The notes beneath the pieces were generated by a model that had not been told where the DNA came from, did not search any database, and was given only the letters and a program-made list of their open reading frames with translations. From the NCBI GenBank assembly GCA_041748755.1, contig JBGTCQ010000208.1:4318-68317 (forward strand): a DNA stretch of 64,000 nt, written 5' to 3'. The position numbers were made by a program, and so were the translations under genes. This document shows, in pieces, positions 9,912 to 19,256 of this stretch. Every line of letters begins with the position of its first letter. Position 1 is the first letter of the stretch. This DNA comes from Chroococcidiopsidaceae cyanobacterium (GTDB taxonomy: Bacteria > Cyanobacteriota > Cyanobacteriia > Cyanobacteriales > Chroococcidiopsidaceae).

Positions 9912-12038
9912 TCATCGCTGCCAAACCTTAATCGTCTTGTCCTTACTGCTACTAACTATCTGCCCGGTGGGACTGGTGGTAACTGACAAAACCCAGTCGG
10001 AATGTCCAGAGAGATCACTCAGCAATTTTCCTGTCTGCAAATTCCAAATTTTAATGGTTTTGTCAACACTTGTACTGACAATTTGGCTATCATTGCTGAA
10101 GGCGACAGAGACAACGCGATCGCTATGCCCTAAGAGTGTATAAATTACTTCCCCAGTCCGCAGATTCCAAACCTTGATCGTCTTGTCCCAACTACTAGAG
10201 GCAAGCTTCTGTCCATCGGGGCTAAAGACTACGTCTCTAACAGCGTCAGCATGACCTAAGAGTGTACGAATCACTTCTCCAGTCCGTAGATTCCAAACCT
10301 TAATAGTTTTATCAATGCCAGCAGTGGCAAAAGTCTGCCCACCAGGACTAATAGCAACTGAGAAAACTCGACCGGAATGCCCATCAATACTGCGGCGCAG
10401 TTCCCCAGTCGATAAATTCCAAATCTTAATATTACTATCTTCACTGCCACTAATAAGCGTCTGTCCATCAGGGCTGATGGCAACAGACCAAACTGGACCA
10501 GAACCCCCAGCAAGTGTGCGAATCTGTCCATGCAAATTCCATAACTTAATAGTCTTGTCACCACTAGCACTGGCGAGGATTTGCCCATCTGGACTGAAAG
10601 TAACGGATCTAACAGTATCGGAATGACCCAAAAGTGTGCGGCTTACTTGCCCAGTATTTAGGTTCCAAATTTTGATTGTGTTGTCCTCGCTACCACTAAC
10701 CAGGGTCTGTCCATTAGAACTCAGGTCAACAGACCAAACTGAGCCTGAATGCCCAACCAGAGTTTTGTCCAAAGAAATATTCTGGGAAACCGGATTTTTG
10801 CGGACAACAAAAACTGGAGATTTGACTTGGGCAACAGGACCAGGCGATCGCAGAAAATAGTAGCTGCTACCTATCAGAACTACCGCAGTAAAGCTTAGTG
10901 CTACGCCGAGCAGCAAAAGCGATTTTTTCAGACTAGGGATAAAACTATTTGGATTATTCCCCAAGTCCGGAGTAAAGCGCTTACTCGGTACTGGAATAGT
11001 TGCCTGGATTTGGTGTGGCGCTGCTTGTGGACCTAAAGTAGTGAGCCGCTGCCCCATCACTTGTTGCGGTGTTAATAATTTTAAAATAGCTTTTTGCTGC
11101 CTTGGCGCTTGACGATTCAGTAAAGGTTGCAATGCAAGAAGTGCCTGAGTTGCCGACTCGTAACGCTCTTGAAAGTGGTAGCGCACCATCTTGGTAAGCA
11201 CACTTGCTAAAGGGGCGCTTACTTGCACATGATGTTGCCAGATGATTTCACCTGTGTCCGAGTCTGCTATACCTGTGTCCAATTCTAATAGTTGTGTAGG
11301 ACTTAACCCTGTAAGCGCTTGAATACCAATTATTCCGAGTGCATAAATATCACTGTTCGGTCGTGGTCTGCCTCGCGCTTGCTCTGGGGGCATGTATCCT
11401 AATGTACCAATCGCCATTGTCGCGGGTATGCCAACTGCAAAGCTTGTGTTCGTCTTGCCAAATTCTGTTACTACTTGAGTCCATCCTTGCTTTACCGACC
11501 CAAAGTCCACTAGGACTAGTTTGCCATCCTGCTGTCTTCTAATCAGATTACTTGGCTTTAGGTCTCGATGAATTAGCCCGTAATTATGCACATATTCCAG
11601 GATACTTAAAACTTCTTGGAGTAGTTGCACTACAGCGCTTTCACTCCAGCGCTTGCCTGAATGCAGTTCTGTACTCAGAGTATGCCCAATGATGAATTCT
11701 TGCACCAGGTAAAATTCCTGGTTTTCTTCCAGGTCAGCTAACAACTGCGGCACTTGGTTGTAGTTGCCGAGTTTTGAGAGCGCTTCTACTTCTCTTCTAA
11801 ATAACTGCCTGAGTGTTTGTAATGATTCTGGCTCGTCACTGGTGCGTAACAAATGTTTGACGACACAGGTGCAGTGGTTGGGCAACCATGTGTCTTCGGC
11901 AAGGTAGGTTTGAGAGAATCCTCCTGCACTTAAAACTTGAACTATTTGGTAACGCCCCTGGAGTAACTTGCCTAACATCATGTGAGTTGCGAGTGTTCTT
12001 AATCCTAATTCTGATTCCTTGCTTAACCATCTCTCCAT
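9912..12038 (-). CDS. Ser/Thr protein kinase with a C-terminal 7-bladed WD40 domain
   Basis: Hanks kinase motifs HRDLKPSN, DFG and GTLGYMPPE, a TM segment, then seven GHS..W..SPDGQ....D.TIK.WN repeats. Confidence 0.9.
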   Translation of the reverse strand: MERWLSKESELGLRTLATHMMLGKLLQGRYQIVQVLSAGGFSQTYLAEDTWLPNHCTCVVKHLLRTSDEPESLQTLRQLFRREVEALSKLGNYNQVPQLLADLEENQEFYLVQEFIIGHTLSTELHSGKRWSESAVVQLLQEVLSILEYVHNYGLIHRDLKPSNLIRRQQDGKLVLVDFGSVKQGWTQVVTEFGKTNTSFAVGIPATMAIGTLGYMPPEQARGRPRPNSDIYALGIIGIQALTGLSPTQLLELDTGIADSDTGEIIWQHHVQVSAPLASVLTKMVRYHFQERYESATQALLALQPLLNRQAPRQQKAILKLLTPQQVMGQRLTTLGPQAAPHQIQATIPVPSKRFTPDLGNNPNSFIPSLKKSLLLLGVALSFTAVVLIGSSYYFLRSPGPVAQVKSPVFVVRKNPVSQNISLDKTLVGHSGSVWSVDLSSNGQTLVSGSEDNTIKIWNLNTGQVSRTLLGHSDTVRSVTFSPDGQILASASGDKTIKLWNLHGQIRTLAGGSGPVWSVAISPDGQTLISGSEDSNIKIWNLSTGELRRSIDGHSGRVFSVAISPGGQTFATAGIDKTIKVWNLRTGEVIRTLLGHADAVRDVVFSPDGQKLASSSWDKTIKVWNLRTGEVIYTLLGHSDRVVSVAFSNDSQIVSTSVDKTIKIWNLQTGKLLSDLSGHSDWVLSVTTSPTGQIVSSSKDKTIKVWQR

Positions 12039-12225
12039 CGGAGGTATTGTTAACTTAAGGAAACGCTTTCATACACTAGCTACAACGCGCATTTATCACT
12101 TTCTGATACTTGTTGGTTGAAGGGCAATCGCCTTACCGGAGCTTTAAACTTCACCAAGGGTACTTAATGCTCATGTTAAGAACATAATTAAGCACTACTG
12201 CATGGTTTAGCCTAAAATCATTGCT

Positions 12226-12813
12226 TTACTTGAACCAAGATAACCAGGGAATCCAATTTTGAATTAATTGAGCCAATTTTGCATAACCTGCTGACCTGGG
12301 GTGAGAACCGTCATTTTCTACCGCTTCACGCATCCAAATATCTGAGGATTGTAGCGGAGTAAAAATATCTAGATAAGGTAAATCTAGCTCGTAACAGACT
12401 GCTGCAAAGGAGTTAGACAAACGACCAGTTCGGTGATTTTGTTCAGCATCCACAGTTGCGGGAGGTCCTACCATTAATACTGGAAACATCTGCTTAGCGC
12501 TATTCAGAATGTTGCGAGTGTTTTCTATGGAACTTGAAAATTCGATCCGGGTTTTACCATTTTCGAGCGTGGTGTCATTCATGCCAAAAGAGAATACAAT
12601 TCTCCCATCGTCTGCGGCGCTTAAGCGACCGGAAACTTCCCTTAACCAACGAGCCCTAATATCTGCACTGGTTTCCCGGCGTACACCAAGATTGTAGTAA
12701 GTGATGTCATAACCAAGATTACAGGCAGTAGCACAAATTCTACCTGCCCAACCAAGACACTCTGGATCGCCAGTGCCGTTAATAAAAGAGTCACCTATAA
12801 AGCAAATACGCAT
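12226..12813 (-). CDS. SGNH/GDSL family hydrolase
   Basis: Block I FIGDSF, block III GMND, block V DGSHP. Confidence 0.85.
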   Translation of the reverse strand: MRICFIGDSFINGTGDPECLGWAGRICATACNLGYDITYYNLGVRRETSADIRARWLREVSGRLSAADDGRIVFSFGMNDTTLENGKTRIEFSSSIENTRNILNSAKQMFPVLMVGPPATVDAEQNHRTGRLSNSFAAVCYELDLPYLDIFTPLQSSDIWMREAVENDGSHPRSAGYAKLAQLIQNWIPWLSWFK

Positions 12814-12846
12814 TTACAATTAATTTCGCGCTGTAGTAGATAGTCC
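12784..12846. repeat. 63-bp direct repeat, copy 1 (contains the real SGNH-hydrolase start and a dead copy of the pmbA-like 3' end)
   Basis: 59/63 identical to 13747-13809. Differences are ACGCATTTA vs ACTTATCTA and GCGCTG vs GCGCCG. Confidence 0.9.
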
Positions 12847-12863
12847 ACTCTTCACTTTGCGGC

Positions 12864-13292
12864 TTACACTGTCCAATCCTCTGTAGTCAAACCCAGAACT
12901 CTGCTAAAGTCACTAACGTTGCGAGTCAACAGCACTAAGCCCCGTGAAAGTGCGATCGCTGCGATCCGTAAATCCATCGTGGCTATGCGAACTCGTTGCG
13001 CTCGTAACCCCTCAAAGATTACCGCCGCTCCAGCCTCGAACGGTAAGACTGGCGCTGCCGAGAATCCCTGAATGATTTCCATTAGTAAAGTATATCCACG
13101 AACTGCATCAGCAGGTGTTTGGGAGCGATTAATAAAGGTATGAGCGCCGATTACTTGCTCATGAAAACTGACGATGGAGAAGGCAAAATCCATAGTCTGG
13201 TATTGAGCAATCCGAGTGGCTAATGTTGCGTACTCTGAACCTGAGCGCCGTTGTAGAAAGCTGATGTGGTCAGTGTCGAGCAGATATCTCAC
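12864..13292 (-). CDS. vapC: PIN-domain ribonuclease toxin (VapC family)
   Basis: 142 aa with N-terminal YLLDTDHIS acidic residue and C-terminal LLTRNVSDF. The GTG start overlaps the upstream stop (GTGA). Confidence 0.85.
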   Translation of the reverse strand: MRYLLDTDHISFLQRRSGSEYATLATRIAQYQTMDFAFSIVSFHEQVIGAHTFINRSQTPADAVRGYTLLMEIIQGFSAAPVLPFEAGAAVIFEGLRAQRVRIATMDLRIAAIALSRGLVLLTRNVSDFSRVLGLTTEDWTV

Positions 13293-13504
13293 ACTTCATC
13301 AGCTTCATCTGCTGGTCTGTCAGCATGACGTACCGACTTCCCGTAATCCAGAGCTTCGAGAAAAACTGACTCATCAGAGATCGAGCCAATGACCTTCTCA
13401 AGCCAATCACCAGAGGTAGGAGTACTAGCAATTTGACGTTGGAGATCAGCAACCGTATGCTCAAGGGTTGCTAAACGCTGTTCAAAAGTCGTTTCATCTA
13501 ACAT
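13289..13504 (-). CDS. Putative cognate antitoxin of VapC (family not recognised)
   Basis: 71 aa counted from the ATG at 13504, which is preceded by GAGGAG. 4-nt overlap with vapC and an acidic C-terminus. The ORF track lists a longer version reaching 13522. Confidence 0.55.
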   Translation of the reverse strand: MLDETTFEQRLATLEHTVADLQRQIASTPTSGDWLEKVIGSISDESVFLEALDYGKSVRHADRPADEADEV

Positions 13505-13515
13505 GATTTCTCCTC

Positions 13516-13665
13516 TCACCATATTTCGTTAGCTTCATTGTGCAATTCCTCAGCTTGTTCGTGATGACTATCACACTGTAATAACTCAAGCTTCTGGTTA
13601 AGATTCTGGAGATTGCGCTTCTCTTCGTAGTTAGGATAGGCAGATAGGTCTGGGAGAATTGCCAT
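13516..13665 (-). CDS. Hypothetical 49-aa protein, first gene of the TA cassette
   Basis: My own translation is MAILPDLSAYPNYEEKRNLQNLNQKLELLQCDSHHEQAEELHNEANEIW. It ends 11 nt before the antitoxin ATG. No family recognised. Confidence 0.3.
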   Translation of the reverse strand: MAILPDLSAYPNYEEKRNLQNLNQKLELLQCDSHHEQAEELHNEANEIW

Positions 13666-13746
13666 TTTCGTCTTTCTTTACGTTCAGTGTTTCAGGTTGT
13701 TGGAATAGGTTACCTAATTCTCTATTTAAATACTATGCGGTCTAAC

Positions 13747-13809
13747 AAAAGAGTCACCTATAAAGCAAATACTTATCTACAATTAATTTCGCGCCGTAGT
13801 AGATAGTCC
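13747..13809. repeat. 63-bp direct repeat, copy 2 (contains the real pmbA-like stop and a dead copy of the hydrolase 5' end with ATG changed to ATA)
   Basis: See copy 1. The reverse strand reads ATA AGT ATT TGC TTT ATA GGT GAC TCT TTT, against ATG CGT ATT TGC TTT ATA GGT GAC TCT TTT in copy 1. Confidence 0.9.
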
Positions 13810-15096
13810 GTCTAGAATCAAAGACGGAGTATAGCAAGAGCCGTTCCAATCAGCATCGCTGCCCAGTGCAACCAGCTGTTTGAGTGCAGTATAAATGTTA
13901 CCGGCAACCATCGTATCTTTCACTCTGCCTACAACTTGACCATTTTTCACGCGGTAGCCTAGATCGACATTAATAGAAAAGTCACCAGAGATGCTGCCGC
14001 CGCCGCCCAACATCTGATCCACGATCAGTCCATCACCCAGATAAGCAATCAAATCCAACAGCGACTTGTTGCTGCCGGGCTGAATTAGCAGGTTAAATAA
14101 ACTCGGCGTGGGATAACTGCCCAATCCAGGGCGAAAACCATTACCAGTAGTGCCAGTACCCAACTGACGACCGATGGTGCGATCGCAACAAAAATGCTGC
14201 AAAATCCCGTTTTGAATAAAAACCAGCGGCTGAGTCGGAGTGCCTTCATCATCGAAAGGGCAACTAAAGGGTCCAGCAACTGGGTCTTGTGACAAAGTTA
14301 ATGCTGCTGAAACTACTGGCTGACCAATACGCTCAGCCCAGGGCGAAGCCTTTTCTACCACCCGTTTGCCATTCAAAGCGGCTTGGACAGTACCCCACAG
14401 CATATCAGCAGCTTTAGAAGTGAACAAAATTGGTACGCGCCCAGTGGGGGATGAAACATTTTCTCCCACCCAATCCAACCGCTGGAGAATGTTATTGGCA
14501 ATTATTTCTGGGTCCAAGCTGCCCCGCTGCGTCTGACCATCAGAAACACTCAAGAAATCATCGCCTCGTACCCATTCCGCTGATATATAACAGCCAAGTG
14601 TGGTGTCAGTGTAGTGGCAATCTAGACCCTGAGAATTGACCAAGCGGGTGGTTTCAACATCACTATCCCACTCAGCGCTGATCAGGACTTCTGGATAAGC
14701 ATCTCGAATCAGAGTAATCGCTTTTTCCCCCCACTCCACCAATTGTTCCACTGGTACTGCCTCACCCAGGTCAGGATAAGCAGGCTTTGAGTTATTTCCT
14801 AATTCGATCAGTTCAGGTTCGTTAAGTTGACTAAGTGCTAGAGCACGTTCCACCATTGCCCCAGCCTCCACCTGTCCATAAGCCACTGCTAGCCCTGGAC
14901 GACCTGAGCGCCAAAGTCGTAGCGCTGTTCCTTCTGATTGAGCGCTTTCTAGCTGCTTCAGGCGGTTAGCTTCAAAGAAAACTGGTCGAGACAGCGATCG
15001 CGACTGATAAACTTCAGCGGCTTCTGCCCCGGATTTGGCGGCTAGTTGTAACAGCTCTTCTGCTAGTGTCTCTTGTGGCAAATTTTCAGAACCCAT
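13783..15096 (-). CDS. TldD/PmbA family metalloprotease (PmbA/TldE-like)
   Basis: 437 aa. The C-terminal region GGGGSISGDFSINVDLGYRVKNG is typical of the family. Confidence 0.85.
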   Translation of the reverse strand: MGSENLPQETLAEELLQLAAKSGAEAAEVYQSRSLSRPVFFEANRLKQLESAQSEGTALRLWRSGRPGLAVAYGQVEAGAMVERALALSQLNEPELIELGNNSKPAYPDLGEAVPVEQLVEWGEKAITLIRDAYPEVLISAEWDSDVETTRLVNSQGLDCHYTDTTLGCYISAEWVRGDDFLSVSDGQTQRGSLDPEIIANNILQRLDWVGENVSSPTGRVPILFTSKAADMLWGTVQAALNGKRVVEKASPWAERIGQPVVSAALTLSQDPVAGPFSCPFDDEGTPTQPLVFIQNGILQHFCCDRTIGRQLGTGTTGNGFRPGLGSYPTPSLFNLLIQPGSNKSLLDLIAYLGDGLIVDQMLGGGGSISGDFSINVDLGYRVKNGQVVGRVKDTMVAGNIYTALKQLVALGSDADWNGSCYTPSLILDGLSTTARN

Positions 15097-15215
15097 GACC
15101 TCTGCTGAGTATAAAAATTTAGGTATTTCACCGCAAAGACGCTCTTAAACCGAGAAAAATTAGCTAATAGCTAATTATGTCGATCTTTGGGGTTAATTTC
15201 CGCTCTGCAATCAAT

Positions 15216-16076
15216 TTACGGCAGATTGATCTCCTGCAACAGCCAAAAACCTGCAAAGGATTCTGATTGGGGATCGGACTGAACAGCTAAAAAATGCACT
15301 CCCCTGGCTTGCTGCTTGGTGTCCTCAAATCCTTTGGCTTCTATCAAGGTTTGGGGGTTTTTAATGTTAGCTAAAATCCAGCTATCAGTTGCCCCAGTTT
15401 CCAAAAGCAGCCTCGGCACTGAACCATTGTCAAATTTAAGGAAGGCTAATTCTAATCCTGACATCCACCCAGCCAGAGGCACGGCTCTAGGGGAATAGAT
15501 CACTACTCCTGGAATTTTTTCAGTCGTCAAACCAATCATCCGCAATGGAAAAGCCTCACCAAAGCCAATATCCCATTCGTGCATTTCTTCAAATGCAGAC
15601 ACTTCTAAGGTGACAAACACCCATTGCTGTCCCATTAAGGCATCTGGTAGGCGTTGGGGAGCTAGTGTTTCCAAGCGGACAGAAGGATTTGTAACAGCTT
15701 GAAACCTAGGTAAGGTAGGATACACTTCCTCCATCCGTTCTTGTAGCCATTGATAGAGAGCCAAGGTTCGGCGGCTAGGCTGTGCCGGAATACCTAGATC
15801 AGCACAGGCTTTGACGATCATGTTGTTCATCTGGCGACGGAAAAAGCGAAACTTTACAGGTGCAACTCCTGCTTTAGTAATTGCTTCCTCCAACGCCGTC
15901 CGCAACCAACCAGAATTTACCTGTGTACCAGGACAAAATTGAGCATACCGAAACAAGGAATCAACTTTTGTCCGGCTGTCCATTGGACTTTCGCACACCA
16001 AGACTTCCCAAACTTTTTTCTGGTTTTCATCCAAAACAGGACGGGAGTAGAAGTCTAGCTCCCAAATAGTACCCAT
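15216..16076 (-). CDS. Tab2/ATAB2 family RNA-binding protein (DUF1092)
   Basis: N-terminus WELDFYSRPVLDENQKKVWEVLVCE is characteristic of the family, recognised from memory. Confidence 0.75.
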   Translation of the reverse strand: MGTIWELDFYSRPVLDENQKKVWEVLVCESPMDSRTKVDSLFRYAQFCPGTQVNSGWLRTALEEAITKAGVAPVKFRFFRRQMNNMIVKACADLGIPAQPSRRTLALYQWLQERMEEVYPTLPRFQAVTNPSVRLETLAPQRLPDALMGQQWVFVTLEVSAFEEMHEWDIGFGEAFPLRMIGLTTEKIPGVVIYSPRAVPLAGWMSGLELAFLKFDNGSVPRLLLETGATDSWILANIKNPQTLIEAKGFEDTKQQARGVHFLAVQSDPQSESFAGFWLLQEINLP

Positions 16077-16308
16077 GTCATGCGTTAAAATTTTGTTACT
16101 TTCTCATCATACGGGCGATATGTGCCTGCTTACACAGACTTCTTTGAGCGCGGCTGAGACGGTTAGCTGAAATAAAGTAATCGCACATTTTTAAAGCAGC
16201 GCAGTGTCAATCGTCCTCTTCCAACTTACGGGGGAATCGAATAGCGCGAAAATGATGTTACATTTGCATCGGCTTTAATTAGAGATTCTATCTGCTGAAA
16301 TTGGCTGA

Positions 16309-17928
16309 ATGGCGAGGTCTATGACAAGGAATGCGTCCTACGCAATTGATTTTGGAACTAGCAACACTTGTATAGCACGCTGGAACCCGGTTACCCAGCA
16401 ACCAGAGACCCTGAGTTTACCTGGCTTATCCCATCAAATAGGGCAGAATCCTCCCCTAATTCCTACTCTGGTATATGTTGAAGATGCAACAGTGGGGAAA
16501 GTCGTAGTAGGGCAAGCTGTGCGCGATCGCGGTCTTGATCTCACGAGTGACCCGCGATTTTTCCGCAGTTTCAAGCGCGGAATTGGGGCCGATATTCAAG
16601 GTTTTTTACCAGAACTAGATGGGCAAATTGTCTCCTTTGAGCAGGTCGGGCAATGGTTCTTAACACAGATAATTGAAAAACTGGATGCCAATGCCTTTGA
16701 TGCGGAGCAATCTTTGATATTGACCGTACCCGTAGACAGTTTTGAAGCATACCGTCATTGGTTAGGTCAAGTGTGTCAAGTCCTCCCGATAGACCAAGTA
16801 CGGTTATTAGATGAACCTACAGCAGCTGCTTTAGGCTATGGCATGGCAGATCAAGAAAATCTGCTAGTAATTGACTTCGGGGGCGGGACACTGGATCTAT
16901 CCCTGGTGAGCTTGAATCGAGGTGTCCAAGCAGCTAAGCCACTAGGTTTTCTGCTTAAGTGGGGTCAGAAGTCCCTGGCAGAATCTGGACAGAAAGTAAA
17001 AACCGCCCGTGTGTTAGCAAAAGCAGGGCAAAATCTGGGTGGTTCTGATATTGACAACTGGCTGGTTGATTACTTCGCCAATACTCAGGGATTAGTAGCA
17101 ACTCCTTTAACTACAAGACTTGCAGAGCGATTAAAGATTCAACTGTCAACGCAGCCACAGGCGAGTGAAGTTTACTTCAATGATCAGACATTTGAGAGCT
17201 ATGAACTAGAATTAGACCGCAACACTTTTGAAACTATTCTCAGAGGACATCAGTTTTTTGAGCGACTGGATGAATCTATGACTCAGGTATTGCAACAAGC
17301 ACGGCGGCAAGGGCTAGAAGTTGCAGATATTAATGCTGTTTTGTTAGTTGGTGGCACGGTACAAATGCCCGCTGTGCAAACTTGGGTGCAACAGTATTTT
17401 GAGCCAGAAAAAATTCGGTGTGAGCGACCATTTGAAGCGATCGCTCAAGGTGCTCTCCAACTAACTCAAGGTGTTGAACTAAAAGACTTTCTTTACCACA
17501 GTTACGGCATCCGTTACTGGGACCGTCGCAACAAGCGCCACAATTGGCATCCGATAATTAAAGCTGGGCAGGCTTACCCGATGAGTGAGCCAGTAGAATT
17601 ATTCTTGGGCGCTTCTGTGGAGAATCAACCGAGTATTGAGTTAATCATCGGCGAGTTGGGACAAGAGAGCGGCGGCACAGAAGTTTACTTTGAAGGCGAT
17701 CGCTTAATTACCCGTCGTCTCAACAGTGGTCAAAACCAGGTGCAACCACTCAACGATAAAGAAGGGGCCAGGACTATTGCTCAACTAACTCCAACTGGCT
17801 ATCCTGGTAGCGATCGGGTTAAAATTCTGTTTGAAGTTGATCAGCAGCGCTCTTTGCGGATGACGGTTGAAGACTTGCTGACGAATCAAACACTGTTACA
17901 GAATCAGCTGGTTGCCGAGTTAAGTTGA
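16309..17928 (+). CDS. Hsp70 family protein (short, DnaK-like ATPase with a reduced substrate-binding domain)
   Basis: Actin-fold motifs AIDFGTSNT, LLDEPTAAALGYG, VIDFGGGTLDLS and LLVGGTVQMPAV. Only 539 aa. Confidence 0.85.
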   Translation: MARSMTRNASYAIDFGTSNTCIARWNPVTQQPETLSLPGLSHQIGQNPPLIPTLVYVEDATVGKVVVGQAVRDRGLDLTSDPRFFRSFKRGIGADIQGFLPELDGQIVSFEQVGQWFLTQIIEKLDANAFDAEQSLILTVPVDSFEAYRHWLGQVCQVLPIDQVRLLDEPTAAALGYGMADQENLLVIDFGGGTLDLSLVSLNRGVQAAKPLGFLLKWGQKSLAESGQKVKTARVLAKAGQNLGGSDIDNWLVDYFANTQGLVATPLTTRLAERLKIQLSTQPQASEVYFNDQTFESYELELDRNTFETILRGHQFFERLDESMTQVLQQARRQGLEVADINAVLLVGGTVQMPAVQTWVQQYFEPEKIRCERPFEAIAQGALQLTQGVELKDFLYHSYGIRYWDRRNKRHNWHPIIKAGQAYPMSEPVELFLGASVENQPSIELIIGELGQESGGTEVYFEGDRLITRRLNSGQNQVQPLNDKEGARTIAQLTPTGYPGSDRVKILFEVDQQRSLRMTVEDLLTNQTLLQNQLVAELS

Positions 17929-17959
17929 ATGCCAGATATACTCACTGAGGGATAAGTCT

Positions 17960-18496
17960 ATGCCAGCTATTGAGTTGAAATCTCCCACAGTATTTCAACG
18001 AGTGCTGATAATTTTAATTTCCTTGCTAATAGCAACTGCGGTATTAATGGGGGCTAAACTATTATTCTCAGGGAGCGCTATGACTTTTTTTGCAGGAACT
18101 CGACCCACTAATATTGGTATCCATTCAGGTCAACTAACTACTTGTCTAAATACACCAAATTGTGTTAACAGCCAAAGCCAGGATGTCAAGGACAAAATTG
18201 AGCCTTTTAATTATAACTCCTCTTCTGAAAAGGCTATGGCTAACCTTAAGACAGTTATTCAATCTTTTAAACAAAGTAAAATCATCAGTGAAACAAAAAA
18301 CTACCTGTACGCAGAATTTACAATTCCAATTATAGGTTTCGTTGATGATGTCGAATTTTATTTAGATGAGAACGCAAAAGTAATTCATGTTCGTTCAGCT
18401 TCACGATTGGGAGAGTCTGATTTAGGAGTGAATCGTAAAAGAATAGAAACTATCAGGACTAGACTAAATGAACTTAAGAGCAATGCTTCAGCTTAA
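17960..18496 (+). CDS. DUF1499 domain protein with an N-terminal TM anchor
   Basis: NTPNCVNSQS ... IEPF pattern and overall length. Family recalled from memory. Confidence 0.65.
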   Translation: MPAIELKSPTVFQRVLIILISLLIATAVLMGAKLLFSGSAMTFFAGTRPTNIGIHSGQLTTCLNTPNCVNSQSQDVKDKIEPFNYNSSSEKAMANLKTVIQSFKQSKIISETKNYLYAEFTIPIIGFVDDVEFYLDENAKVIHVRSASRLGESDLGVNRKRIETIRTRLNELKSNASA

Positions 18497-18623
18497 TTTC
18501 TAACTTATTTACGGAGTCAATAATCAAGAGGGTATATAACCTACTTCGGAGTGGCAAACTAACTAATGAATTTTGATTTCTCCTCTACTTCTTTCCTCTT
18601 AAAGTTTAACTAATGACTAGGGA

Positions 18624-19241
18624 CTAGTGACCAATGACTCGCGCCTTGCGCGCTTTAATTGCCCTAGACTCAATAGCAAACTCTGGAATTTCCCGGAGTT
18701 CAGTTTCCAAAAGGTTGTATTGTTCACAAACTAAGCTGAGGCGAGTAGAAGGGCTTTTGACTTCTTTAACTGAGTGAGTCAAATCACCTTGAAAAAAAAG
18801 TAGTGTGTTGAATTGAGGGCGGATACAACCAACGTGTCGTTTATTGCAATGAAGTACTAGCTCTCCGCCTTCTAGGACAGATGGCACTTGAACATAGAGA
18901 ACGCTGACTATGGCTGGAGGCGCAATCGTCTTGCAGTAAGAGCGTAAACTACGATCAATGTGTGGATCTACGCGAGAACCTGTCTGTAGCAGCAACGGAT
19001 TAAGATAAAAGGCATTACACGTAGGTTGTAAAGCAACGCTTAGATAAGGTTTGAAGCAGGGAAAGCGGCGCTCGACTTCAATAATGCCAGAGCGCTGGAA
19101 TACTACTGAAAAGCCTTTGGTGGCAACAAAGTCCCGGTTCAGGTTATTGACTGCAAAATACTGGCAAGCCAGGATTTGCCCTTGCAACTTGCTGAGATAT
19201 TCAGGTTCAAAAACATTGTGAGAGACACGATAATAGCTCAA
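18624..19241 (-). CDS. 2OG-Fe(II) oxygenase superfamily protein (putative)
   Basis: HxD (HIDRS) ... H (LTHSV) ... R (RLSLV) spacing consistent with a 2-His-1-carboxylate facial triad. Confidence 0.5.
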   Translation of the reverse strand: MSYYRVSHNVFEPEYLSKLQGQILACQYFAVNNLNRDFVATKGFSVVFQRSGIIEVERRFPCFKPYLSVALQPTCNAFYLNPLLLQTGSRVDPHIDRSLRSYCKTIAPPAIVSVLYVQVPSVLEGGELVLHCNKRHVGCIRPQFNTLLFFQGDLTHSVKEVKSPSTRLSLVCEQYNLLETELREIPEFAIESRAIKARKARVIGH

Positions 19242-19256
19242 TGAATTGATAACTCC

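Noticed and set aside
9912-10800. Periodic nucleotide similarity of about 125 bp on the minus strand
   Set aside because: It is explained by the seven WD40 blades of the Ser/Thr kinase. The antisense ORFs at 9937-10143, 10315-10626 and 10636-10860 are shadows of this repeat.
13270-13464. 64-aa minus-strand ORF overlapping the antitoxin gene in another frame
   Set aside because: It is an alternative frame of the same DNA. The antitoxin frame has the RBS and the start/stop coupling to vapC, and this frame has neither.
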